Source of the DNA: FCB group bacterium
GTDB taxonomy: Bacteria; Hydrogenedentota; Hydrogenedentia; Hydrogenedentales; SLHB01
Reading direction: 5' to 3'
NCBI GenBank assembly: GCA_034004565.1
Contig: JAVEWL010000001.1
Coordinates: forward strand, 1-32,436
DNA length: 32,436 nucleotides
A program made the position numbers and the translations under genes. Shown piece by piece: positions 17,139 to 25,061 of the stretch (position 1 is the stretch's first letter; every line of letters begins with the position of its first letter). Under the pieces are notes generated by a model. That model saw nothing but the letters and a program-made list of their open reading frames with translations. It was not told the DNA's origin and did not search any database.

Positions 17139-18122
17139 ATGAAATCGGCATTGAAACTGGGAGTCCTTTTCCTCGGCTTAATCTTCGTATTCGCGTGCGC
17201 TCCCGGCGAGCAGGCCGCGACGCCGGATGCCTCCGACCCGCCGCCCGCCCCCAAGGGCTACCCGGACATGGACCAGTTCAAGGCGGCAAAGGAACGCGGC
17301 GAGATCAAGAACGTCGAAGGCCCCTTCCCCGTGCCGGACGAAGTCAGGCTCCACAAGGATCTCGAATACGCCAACATCAACGGCCAGTCGCTCAAGCTCG
17401 ACGTCTGCGTGCCGCGTACCCTCGAGAAGCCCGCGCCCACCATCCTTTTTATCCACGGCGGCGGCTGGAGCGGCGGACGCAAGGAAGAGTACGAGTTCTA
17501 CCTGTACGACTTCGCGAAGCGCGGCTACGTGACCGCCAGCATGACCTATCGCTTCACGCAAATCGCGAAGCATCCCGCGCAGGTGCAGGACTGCAAGACC
17601 GCCGTGCGCTGGCTGCGCGCCCACGCCAAGGACTACAACATCGATCCGAACCGCATCGCCGTCATGGGCGGTTCGGCGGGCGGCTACCTGGCCCTCATGG
17701 TCGGCTACTCCAACGATCCCGCGCTCGAGGGCGAAGGCAACAACGACCAGAGCAGCAAGGCGCAGGTGGTCATCGACGGCTACGGCCCCACCGATCTCAT
17801 GGACCCCTTCGTGCGCATGGCGCCGCAGATTACCGGGCTCATGGGCGTCCCCTACGACCAGAACATGGAACTCTATCGCCAGGCCTCGCCCGTGCAAATC
17901 GCCACCAGGGACGTGCCGCCGACCGTCATCATCCACGGCACCATCGACCAGACCGTCCCCATCCAGCAGTCGGAAGTGCTCGATGCAAAACTGACCGAAC
18001 TCGGCGTGCCGCACGTCTTCGACCGCATCGAAGGCTACCCGCACACCGCCGATTCCTTCGAGGGCGTCTACGAGCACTGCAGCGGCGTCATCGACGACTT
18101 CCTCAAGGAACACATGAAGTAA
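17139..18122 (+). CDS. Alpha/beta-hydrolase fold esterase/lipase lipoprotein
   Basis: Signal peptide with lipobox FVFAC, oxyanion motif HGGGW, nucleophile elbow GGSAGG, and HGTIDQTVP near the C-terminus. Confidence 0.8.
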   Translation: MKSALKLGVLFLGLIFVFACAPGEQAATPDASDPPPAPKGYPDMDQFKAAKERGEIKNVEGPFPVPDEVRLHKDLEYANINGQSLKLDVCVPRTLEKPAPTILFIHGGGWSGGRKEEYEFYLYDFAKRGYVTASMTYRFTQIAKHPAQVQDCKTAVRWLRAHAKDYNIDPNRIAVMGGSAGGYLALMVGYSNDPALEGEGNNDQSSKAQVVIDGYGPTDLMDPFVRMAPQITGLMGVPYDQNMELYRQASPVQIATRDVPPTVIIHGTIDQTVPIQQSEVLDAKLTELGVPHVFDRIEGYPHTADSFEGVYEHCSGVIDDFLKEHMK

Positions 18123-18130
18123 GGAACGAG

Positions 18131-18410
18131 GAAGAACTGCAACCACGAATGACACGAATCTGAATTGGGGAAGCCCGAACGCAGAGATTCGGCTCGTTGC
18201 CACGTGCACGGAAAACGGGGACTGTTCCACTTTTGGCAAGCTTCCGGCTACCTGCGAAGCCCACGGCCCAGTAACCGCCCTCGCAGACAACCAGCCCCTA
18301 CGATCAAAAGTGGAAACTGTCCCCGCTTTCCGCGCACGTGGTAACGGGCCGAATCTCCGCGTTCGGGCTACCCCAGCTCAGATTCGTGTCATTCGTGGTT
18401 GCAGCTCTTG
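18131..18410. repeat. Nested palindrome: about 80-nt inverted arms (containing CACGAATGA CACGAATCT 9-mers) around a third copy of the 122-nt TIR element (18210-18331)
   Basis: Arm 18131-18209 is near-perfectly complementary to 18332-18410. The inner element has the same ends as at 3097-3217 (GGAAAACGGGGACTGTTCCACTTTTG ... CAAAAGTGGAAACTGTCCCCGCTTTCC). Confidence 0.9.
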
Positions 18411-18437
18411 GTGTCTTTGTGGTGGTCTTCTTCCAAC

Positions 18438-18477
18438 AAAAAACACCCCCAAGCCTATGAAGCCAGACTTGGGGGTG
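18438..18477 (-). terminator. Rho-independent terminator of the DUF4838/PA14 gene
   Basis: On the minus strand: CACCCCCAAG, a 14-nt loop, CTTGGGGGTG, then TTTTTT. It lies 18 nt after the stop. Confidence 0.75.
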
Positions 18478-18494
18478 CCACCAATCCTTAGCGG

Positions 18495-20798
18495 TCACTT
18501 CACCGGCGCATGCCACAGGTTCTCCAGCGGAACCGGCCGCTTTTCCATCCCAGGCCCTTCGACACTCAAATCGAGGCCTTCCTTGCCGCCGGCTTCGAAA
18601 TAGCCGACGTGCAGCGCGTGATATCCCTTCTTCAACAACACCGCCTGCGAGCGCGTCGTCATCGTGTGCAGGCCGTCGTTATTGATCAGATCCGCGCCGT
18701 CCAGGGACATCATACTTCCGTCGTTTGACCCCAGATAGAAAAGGTAGATCCCGTCGGCGGGCGCGAGGAAATATCCCTCAAACGTCAGGCCCACGCGTTC
18801 GCGCCGGGGCGTTACGTTCAGCGAAACTTCTTTCGCAACGCCGTTCTCTACCGGCGTCAGCTTGGAAAAGTCGGGCATCAGTTCCCAGCGATCCTCGTAG
18901 CCCTTGAACAGCAGTCCCGGCTCGAGCCCTTCCACCGCCTGCGCCTCGCGCGGCGGCATCACCGTTACGCTGGACAGAGACGCGAGATCCTTTTTGTACA
19001 ACTCGAACGCGCCGCTCGCCCCTTCGCGCATATACGCAACGCCGTTGCGTTCCGCCACCTCAACAAAGCGCTTCATGCGGGCTTCAAAATCGGGACGCAA
19101 TGAAATCGCACCCGCCTGCTGGTCGAGCGCGTAGATGGCCATCCCTCCCGCGCGGCTGCGCTCGATGATCGCGTAGTCCACGCTCATGCGCGCGGCTTGC
19201 ACGCGTTCCAACGTCGCCGAATCGCCCGCAACGGCCGCTTCGGCCTCGTTCCACAGCGCATCGGCCTGTTCGAGGATGCCGTTCAGCAGCGGATGGTCCG
19301 GGCCGATCCAGATATCCATGTGCAGGTTTTCATTCGCGACCTTGTCGTGGATCAAATCGATGTAATTCCGGATAGGCTTCGCCGCGGGACCGTACACGCC
19401 CTCGAGGAATTCGTTGATCGCCGTATTTTCGTCGTAGTCCGGGTTCCACAGCAGCTTCGCGTTCAGGTAGCCGCTCAACGGCGACAACTCGCCGTTCAGC
19501 GTGGTGTACACGTCCTGCTCGAAGATACCCCTGACGTTGTTCTTCACGTAGAAGCGGATATTGTCGTCGCGCACGCGCAGGTTCGGGTAGGGCATGAAGT
19601 AATGCGCAAACGACGTGTCGTAATTCCACACCCACAAGCGGTCGCACTTCGTCGCCCACTCCTCGACGTCCTTCACGAAAGAAGTATTTTCCGGGCTGTC
19701 GCAGGTTTCGAAGGGGTGCGAGAAGCAGCACTCGATGCTGCACAGCCGCACGATGACGTTTGGCTCGGGCCGCAGCGTGCGCGGCGCCTTGCGTGTGTAC
19801 TGGTAGGCCAGGGTATCGATCAGCTTGTCGGGAAACTCTTGCGCGGCCGCCTTCGCAACCTGGTTCACCAGCGACAGTACCGGCGCCATCTGCGTGCCTT
19901 CCGCGTCGGCCAGCGCCGTGCAGCGGTCGCACTGGCAAAAGTGCAGCCAGTCGTTCTGCGACACGGAAAACACCGTCGCTTCCGGATGATCGCGCATACT
20001 CTTCAGCGCCGCCTCGGTCACGAGCCGCACGACGTCTTCGTTCGTGCAGCAAAGCTGCGACGGGCTCTTCTGACGCTTGCCGTCGATGAGCGAGAAGTAC
20101 TCGGGATGCGTGTCGAAATACTGGTCCGGTGGCAGCAACTGATTGAAGGTGTGTACGAAACCGTAATACGTCACCTTGCCGCCGTGCTTGTCCTCGAGCC
20201 GCGCCGCGCTGCTGTTCATGCGGTTCCGCGCGGCCCAGTCGCCATCGAAACAGTCCATTACAAACGGCTCGCGGTATTCGAGCGTGGGAATGACCCGCTC
20301 GTTCAGCGGCCCCAGCGCCAATGTCTCCCGCTTCGGAATCCGGCTTACCGTCGGGGTAAACCAGCGGCAGCCCAGGTGATCTTCGAGCAGGCCGTACACG
20401 CCGTAGAGCGTGCCTCGCGGCTCGCCGCCGGCGATCAACAAATTCTTGCCACGGCTCCGCAGCACGTAGCCTTCCTTGCCCAGCGACGCGATATCGACCT
20501 TGCCCTTGGAAAGTTCAGCGAAGTGTTTGTTCGCGCCCAGGACAATCTCCGGCGCCTTGACCGGTGTCGAATCGTCCACGATGGGCAGCTCCGCCCCCGA
20601 GATCTCCTTCAGGAAGCGCTGCAGTTCTTGCGCCGCGTACTGCGTCGAGGGCGACGCGTCCTTCGCGACGACGATTTGCGCCTTGGCCACGCCCCCGTCC
20701 GCGGCAATCAGCGGCGCCCTGGCGCCTCCAAGGCTTGCACAGCCGGACAATGCCACCACCGCCATCAGGCAAAGAGCCGTCTTAACTAAACCACGCAT
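18495..20798 (-). CDS. DUF4838-like lipoprotein with a C-terminal PA14 carbohydrate-binding domain
   Basis: Lipobox LSGC. The N-terminal and central region resembles DUF4838 (AAQELQRFLKEISGAELPIVDD, LGCRWFTP, LEYREP). The C-terminus GYFLAPADGIYLFYLGSNDGSMMSLDGADLINNDGLH...GYHALHVGYFEAGG is a clear PA14 pattern. I chose ATG 20798, 8 nt after GGGAGG, over the track's GTG at 20807. Confidence 0.75.
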   Translation of the reverse strand: MRGLVKTALCLMAVVALSGCASLGGARAPLIAADGGVAKAQIVVAKDASPSTQYAAQELQRFLKEISGAELPIVDDSTPVKAPEIVLGANKHFAELSKGKVDIASLGKEGYVLRSRGKNLLIAGGEPRGTLYGVYGLLEDHLGCRWFTPTVSRIPKRETLALGPLNERVIPTLEYREPFVMDCFDGDWAARNRMNSSAARLEDKHGGKVTYYGFVHTFNQLLPPDQYFDTHPEYFSLIDGKRQKSPSQLCCTNEDVVRLVTEAALKSMRDHPEATVFSVSQNDWLHFCQCDRCTALADAEGTQMAPVLSLVNQVAKAAAQEFPDKLIDTLAYQYTRKAPRTLRPEPNVIVRLCSIECCFSHPFETCDSPENTSFVKDVEEWATKCDRLWVWNYDTSFAHYFMPYPNLRVRDDNIRFYVKNNVRGIFEQDVYTTLNGELSPLSGYLNAKLLWNPDYDENTAINEFLEGVYGPAAKPIRNYIDLIHDKVANENLHMDIWIGPDHPLLNGILEQADALWNEAEAAVAGDSATLERVQAARMSVDYAIIERSRAGGMAIYALDQQAGAISLRPDFEARMKRFVEVAERNGVAYMREGASGAFELYKKDLASLSSVTVMPPREAQAVEGLEPGLLFKGYEDRWELMPDFSKLTPVENGVAKEVSLNVTPRRERVGLTFEGYFLAPADGIYLFYLGSNDGSMMSLDGADLINNDGLHTMTTRSQAVLLKKGYHALHVGYFEAGGKEGLDLSVEGPGMEKRPVPLENLWHAPVK

Positions 20799-20839
20799 AT
20801 TGTCCACCTCCCATCACTAAGCACTGACACCTTCCCGCT

Positions 20840-20869
20840 ACTATCGCCTCTCGCCAATGCCACACGCAA
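20840..20869 (-). promoter_or_regulatory. Candidate sigma-70 promoter (TTGCGT-N18-GATAGT on the minus strand) for the DUF4838/PA14 gene
   Basis: Motif match by eye only. Confidence 0.25.
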
Positions 20870-20891
20870 CCCAACCACAAAAACAGTAACA

Positions 20892-21187
20892 AACCACGAA
20901 TGACACGAATCACACGAATGGGATCTGGGATTGCCTGCGGCCCGTGGGTAAAGCGGCCTTTTCATTCTTCCCATACTTCCCATGACTCTCATAACTCCTA
21001 TCACTCCCATATGCCCCATGGGAGTTATGAGAGTCATGGGAAGGATGGGAGAAGTGAAAGGCAAGAGTTGGCGACAGCGCCGAGGGCCATCCCAAATTCC
21101 ATTCGTGTGATTCGTGTCATTCGTGGTTGCCTTTGCTCTTGCAGTTCTTTGTGGCCTTTGTGTCTTCGTGTCTTTGTGGTGATCTTC
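20892..21187. repeat. About 240-nt palindrome built from 9-nt-period modules (CACGAATGA CACGAATCA CACGAATGG arms; 10x9-nt CCCAT-type core at 20967-21056), plus a CTTTGTGG-type tail (21129-21187)
   Basis: 20892-20931 is the reverse complement of 21089-21128 with 2-3 mismatches, and 20958-20998 is complementary to 21020-21060. The tail resembles 18401-18435. Confidence 0.9.
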
Positions 21188-21189
21188 CC

Positions 21190-22062
21190 TCACGCGTTGG
21201 TCAGCATGCGCTCGAATGCCGTCGGCAGCGGGGTTTCGAAGGTCATCCGCTCGCCCGTCACCGGATGGTCAAACGCCAGCTTATACGCGTGCAGCGCAAG
21301 CCGGCCGCCGGGCCCCGTCTTCTTGCCGTAGCGCGGATCCCCCACGATGGGGTGGTTCATCTCGCTCAGGTGAACACGGATCTGGTTGCGCCGGCCCGTC
21401 TCGAGTTCGATATCGAGCAGCGTACGCCGCCGGGCAAGCTTCACCACGCGAAAGTGCGTGATGGCATCCTTACCCTCGTCGCTGTTGCGCACGCTGCGGA
21501 CCTGCAGGTTGGTTTCGTCCTGACCCAGGCGGCTCTTGATAGTCCCGGATGCGCGCCGGATCAGCCCTTCGACCACCGCGTAATACCGCTTCTCGACGTT
21601 GCCCCAATTATCCTGCAACGTCTGGCGGATCTCGGTCGTCCGCGCAAACAGCAGCAGTCCCGAAGTCTCCCGGTCAAGCCGGTGCACCACGAACACGCGA
21701 CCGCGAGTCTTCTCGCGCTTCTGAATGTACTCGTTCAACACATGATGGGCCGTGCGCGTCATCTCGCCCGGCGTGGCCACGCTCAGCAGTCCCACCGGCG
21801 TGTTGATCAGAATGAGGGCCTCGTCCTCGTACACGTTGTCCAGCCCCGGCGCGGGCGACGCCTTACTCGTGCCTCGGTCAATCGCCACCTCGTCGCCCGG
21901 CGCCAGCGGCTTGTCGTGCTGCGTCACCGCCAGCCCATTTACCGTTATGGCCCCATGTTTCAGAAGCCGCTTGATGTCGCCGCGCTTCTGGTCGGCCAGT
22001 TGTTCAAGCAGATAAGCTAGCAACGTAGTCTCGGTTTCGATGCGAAGAATCCGGGGTGCCAT
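21190..22062 (-). CDS. RluA-family pseudouridine synthase with an N-terminal S4-like domain
   Basis: Catalytic motif HRLDRETSGLLLFART and RNQIRVHL. I chose ATG 22062 (MAPRILRIETE..) because the track's extension to 22623 runs antisense through the OsmC gene. Confidence 0.85.
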   Translation of the reverse strand: MAPRILRIETETTLLAYLLEQLADQKRGDIKRLLKHGAITVNGLAVTQHDKPLAPGDEVAIDRGTSKASPAPGLDNVYEDEALILINTPVGLLSVATPGEMTRTAHHVLNEYIQKREKTRGRVFVVHRLDRETSGLLLFARTTEIRQTLQDNWGNVEKRYYAVVEGLIRRASGTIKSRLGQDETNLQVRSVRNSDEGKDAITHFRVVKLARRRTLLDIELETGRRNQIRVHLSEMNHPIVGDPRYGKKTGPGGRLALHAYKLAFDHPVTGERMTFETPLPTAFERMLTNA

Positions 22063-22082
22063 GACGTCCTTTCGAAAGCGGG

Positions 22083-22111
22083 TTGACTTATTGCCCTGTC
22101 CCGCAAAGAAT
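22083..22111 (+). promoter_or_regulatory. Candidate sigma-70 promoter TTGACT-N17-AAGAAT for the OsmC gene
   Basis: Motif match by eye. It would place the 9-mer array at 22132-22167 in the 5' leader. Confidence 0.35.
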
Positions 22112-22131
22112 AGCAGGATACCTTCGGGAAT

Positions 22132-22167
22132 GCTCCCATAAGACCCATAGGACTTATAAGACCCATC
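22132..22167. repeat. 4x9-nt tandem array (GCTCCCATA AGACCCATA GGACTTATA AGACCCATC)
   Basis: Read directly. Same CCCAT(A/G) 9-mer family as 3227-3328 and 20967-21056. Confidence 0.85.
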
Positions 22168-22182
22168 AGGAAGGAACGACAC

Positions 22183-22599
22183 ATGGTTCGCATCGATCTG
22201 GAATACCTGGGCGACCTGCGCTGCCGGGCGACCCACGGCCCCAGCGGCAATACCCTGCTCACCGATGCCCCGGTCGACAACCACGGCAAAGGCGAGGCCT
22301 TCTCGCCCACCGACCTCGTCGCGACGGCCCTCGGCGGGTGCCTGGCGACCGTCATGGGGATTGTCGCGGCACGCGAGGAGATCGACCTGAACGGCATGCG
22401 CATCGCCGTGGAAAAGGAGATGACCACGACCTCCCCGCGCCGCATCGCCAAGCTGTCGGTTCGGATCGACATGCCCGCCATCCCCGAGGAGCAGCGCGTC
22501 AAGCTCGATCGCGCCGCAAAGCACTGCCCGGTCCACGCCAGCCTCTCGCCAGAAGTGGAAGTGCTGATAGACATCCATTATCCCGTCATCAGCGCCTGA
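22183..22599 (+). CDS. OsmC/Ohr family peroxiredoxin-like protein
   Basis: 138 aa with FSPTDLVATALGGCLATVM and AAKHCPVHASL, the two conserved Cys regions of OsmC. AGGAAGGA SD. Confidence 0.85.
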   Translation: MVRIDLEYLGDLRCRATHGPSGNTLLTDAPVDNHGKGEAFSPTDLVATALGGCLATVMGIVAAREEIDLNGMRIAVEKEMTTTSPRRIAKLSVRIDMPAIPEEQRVKLDRAAKHCPVHASLSPEVEVLIDIHYPVISA

Positions 22600-22616
22600 T
22601 TTTATGGGTACATATG

Positions 22617-22646
22617 TTGACATATGTATTCTAATTGTCGTATGAT
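22617..22646 (+). promoter_or_regulatory. Candidate sigma-70 promoter TTGACA-N18-TATGAT upstream of the dehydrogenase gene
   Basis: Perfect -35 and a good -10. A leader of about 110 nt with GC-rich hairpins precedes ATG 22763. Confidence 0.5.
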
Positions 22647-22762
22647 TTCATACCATCGGGACGATACCAACCCCGGATCGTCCCATGACAGGCCTTCGGC
22701 GGCGAAGCGCCCGCTTCCGCCGGAGGGTGGGCGTGCTGCGGGCGGTTGAGGAGATCCCACTC

Positions 22763-23842
22763 ATGGCCAAGTACAACATCGCGCTGATGCCCGGCGACGG
22801 CACCGGTCCCGAAGTCCTTCAGGAAGGCGTCAAGGTCCTCAAGGCCGCGTCCACCCGCTACGGTTTCACCTTCGATTCGACCCTCTACGACCTCGGCGGC
22901 GAGCGCTACATGAAAACCGGTGAAACCCTGCCGGATTCCGTCGTCGACGAACTGCGCAAGTTCGACAGCATCTTCCTGGGCGCCATCGGACACCCCGATG
23001 TGAAGCCCGGCATCCTCGAGAAGGGCATCCTGCTGAAGGCCCGCTTCGAGCTCGACCAGTACATCAACCTGCGCCCCGTGAAGCTCTACCCCGGCGTCGA
23101 GACCCCCATCAAGAACAAGGGTCCCGAAGACATCGACTTCGTCGTCGTGCGCGAGAACTCCGCCGACGCCTACACCGGCATGGGCGGCAACACCCGCGTC
23201 GGCACGCCCTACGAAGTCGCGATCCAGAACATGACCTACACCCGCAACGAAGTCGACCGTTGCCTGAAGTACGCCTTCGAGCTCACCCGCAAGCGCAACA
23301 AGAACAACACCCTCACGCTCTGCGGCAAGACCAACGTATTGACCTTCGTCTACGGCCTCTGGGAACGCGCGTTCCACGAAATGGGCGCGAAGGACTTCCC
23401 CGATGTGAAGCGCGACTACGCCCACGTCGACGCCACCACCATGTGGATGGTGAAGAACCCCGAGTGGTTCGACGTCATCGTCACCGGCAATCTCTTCGGC
23501 GACATCATCACCGACCTCGGCGCGATGATCCAGGGCGGCATGGGCGTCGCGGCGGGCGGCAACATCAACCCCGAAGGCGTCTCGATGTTCGAGCCGATCG
23601 GCGGCAGCGCCCCCAAATACACCGGAATGAACGTCATCAACCCCATGGCCGCGATCTTCGCCGGCCAGATGCTCCTCGCCCACCTCGGCGAAGAAGAAGC
23701 CGCCGCGGGCGTCGAAAAGGCCTGCGCGGACTTCCTGGCCTCGGGCGAACTGAAGGGCCTCTCCGCAAAGGAGATCCAGGAATCCGGCTGGTCCACCAGC
23801 AAGATCGGTGATCGCATTGCCGACCGAGTAGCAAAAGCGTAA
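22763..23842 (+). CDS. Isocitrate/isopropylmalate dehydrogenase family beta-decarboxylating dehydrogenase (LeuB / tartrate-dehydrogenase-like)
   Basis: MAKYNIALMPGDGTGPEV, DQYINLRPVKLYPGV, DFVVVRENS, NLFGDIITDLG and EPIGGSAPKYTG. I chose ATG 22763, which has a GAGGAG SD 9 nt upstream, over the track's 22685. Confidence 0.8.
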   Translation: MAKYNIALMPGDGTGPEVLQEGVKVLKAASTRYGFTFDSTLYDLGGERYMKTGETLPDSVVDELRKFDSIFLGAIGHPDVKPGILEKGILLKARFELDQYINLRPVKLYPGVETPIKNKGPEDIDFVVVRENSADAYTGMGGNTRVGTPYEVAIQNMTYTRNEVDRCLKYAFELTRKRNKNNTLTLCGKTNVLTFVYGLWERAFHEMGAKDFPDVKRDYAHVDATTMWMVKNPEWFDVIVTGNLFGDIITDLGAMIQGGMGVAAGGNINPEGVSMFEPIGGSAPKYTGMNVINPMAAIFAGQMLLAHLGEEEAAAGVEKACADFLASGELKGLSAKEIQESGWSTSKIGDRIADRVAKA

Positions 23843-23874
23843 CTCCCATTTCCAAATGGGAGCTCTTGGTATTC

Positions 23875-23914
23875 GGCGCGGGACGGCCTTCGGGTTGTCC
23901 CGCGCATTCTTTTT
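23875..23914 (+). terminator. Rho-independent terminator after the dehydrogenase gene
   Basis: GGCGCGGGAC, a 12-nt loop, GTCCCGCGC, then ATTCTTTTT. It is preceded by a second hairpin, CTCCCATTT/AAATGGGAG, at 23844-23863. Confidence 0.75.
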
Positions 23915-24056
23915 GGAACCCGTCCCTCGCTTGCGGTAAACTTCATGAATAAACACGATCCGGGCACTGTTGCCAAACAAAGGCAATATCCCTCCCGGTC
24001 TTCCTCTTCAACAAGGCGGCAGCCGGGTTCACAATTCTTTCGGGTGGAGGTGGCGT

Positions 24057-24881
24057 ATGCACGATACAAAGGAAATTCCGGCCGTTCGTCCTCAGGACGC
24101 TGCCGATCCGCTTTGGGAGACCATTCGCGCCGAGGTGGCCGCGGAAGCAGAGAAGGAGCCCATGCTGGCGAGCTTCCTGTATTCAGTGGTGCTGAACCAT
24201 CGCAGCCTCGAGGACGCCCTCAGTTTCCTGCTCGCGTCCAAGCTTGAAAGCGGCACCATTCCCTCGCTGTCGCTGCGCGATCTCATGGATGAAGCCTTCA
24301 ACAACGACCCGGCGATTCGCGCGGCCGTGCGCGCGGACATCCGCGCGGTATGCGAACGCGATCCGGCGTGCAGGGGCTTTTCCATTCCGCTGCTGTATTT
24401 CAAAGGTTTTCACGCCCTGCAGTCCTACCGCGTGGCGAATTACTACTGGCAGCAGGGCCGCGAATCGCTCGCGCTCTTCCTTCAGAGCCGCATCTCGAAG
24501 ATCTTCTCGGTCGACATCCACCCCGCCGCGCGCATCGGCTCCGGCATCCACATCGATCACGCCACGGGCGTGGTCATCGGCGAGACGGCCGTGGTCGAGG
24601 ACAACGTCTCGATGTTCCACGAAGTCACCCTCGGCGGCACCGGCAAACAAACCGGCGACCGCCATCCCAAGATCCGAAAGTTCGTCATGCTCGGCGCGGG
24701 CGCCAAAATCCTGGGCAACGTCGAAGTGGGCGAGGGCTCCAAGGTCGCCGCGGGCAGCATGGTCCTCAAGGACGTGCCACCGCACTGCACCGTGGCGGGC
24801 GTCCCCGCGGAAATCGTCCGCGATCACACCGAGCAGCAACCCGCCCTCGAAATGGACCAAAGCCTGCCCAACGGAAAATAA
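24057..24881 (+). CDS. cysE: Serine O-acetyltransferase
   Basis: SATase N-terminal helical region followed by hexapeptide repeats (DIHPAARIGSGIHIDHATGVVIGETAVVEDNVSMFHEVTLGGTG). ATG 24057 has a GGTGGAGG SD. Confidence 0.85.
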   Translation: MHDTKEIPAVRPQDAADPLWETIRAEVAAEAEKEPMLASFLYSVVLNHRSLEDALSFLLASKLESGTIPSLSLRDLMDEAFNNDPAIRAAVRADIRAVCERDPACRGFSIPLLYFKGFHALQSYRVANYYWQQGRESLALFLQSRISKIFSVDIHPAARIGSGIHIDHATGVVIGETAVVEDNVSMFHEVTLGGTGKQTGDRHPKIRKFVMLGAGAKILGNVEVGEGSKVAAGSMVLKDVPPHCTVAGVPAEIVRDHTEQQPALEMDQSLPNGK

Positions 24882-24904
24882 GAGAAGATCCAAGATCCAG
24901 GCAA

Positions 24905-24948
24905 CAAGAAAGAGATGCGGTTATAGAGTTGATGCGCTCTCTTTCTTG
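24905..24948 (+). terminator. Hairpin after cysE (11-bp perfect stem CAAGAAAGAGA / TCTCTTTCTTG, 22-nt loop), possibly a terminator
   Basis: The stem was read directly. No U-tract follows, so its function is uncertain. Confidence 0.3.
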
Positions 24949-25061
24949 GACTGGCAATGCGCATGCGAAATAGTTAGAATACTCGTTCATGATGGGGAGG
25001 CATATTTCGCTTAAAAGGGCGGAGGCGCCCCTCGGGGGATCGGAGAAGCAGGAGAATACAC

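Noticed and set aside
19197-20789. 530-aa ORF on the plus strand
   Set aside because: It is antisense to the DUF4838/PA14 gene, has a low-complexity Arg/Val/Leu-rich product, and has no Shine-Dalgarno sequence.
20967-21056. Possible CRISPR array
   Set aside because: The units are only 9 nt, contiguous with no spacers, and arranged as a palindrome. There are no cas genes in the window.
22631-23986. 451-aa ORF on the minus strand
   Set aside because: It is antisense to the dehydrogenase gene and runs across that gene's terminator. The product is Gly/Ala/Val/Asp-rich with no motifs.
24882-25061. Lysine riboswitch (L-box) upstream of dapA, suggested by a GGAGGCGC-like segment
   Set aside because: Only about 60 nt remain between that segment and the start codon, which is far too short for the five-helix L-box. 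No other conserved L-box elements were seen.
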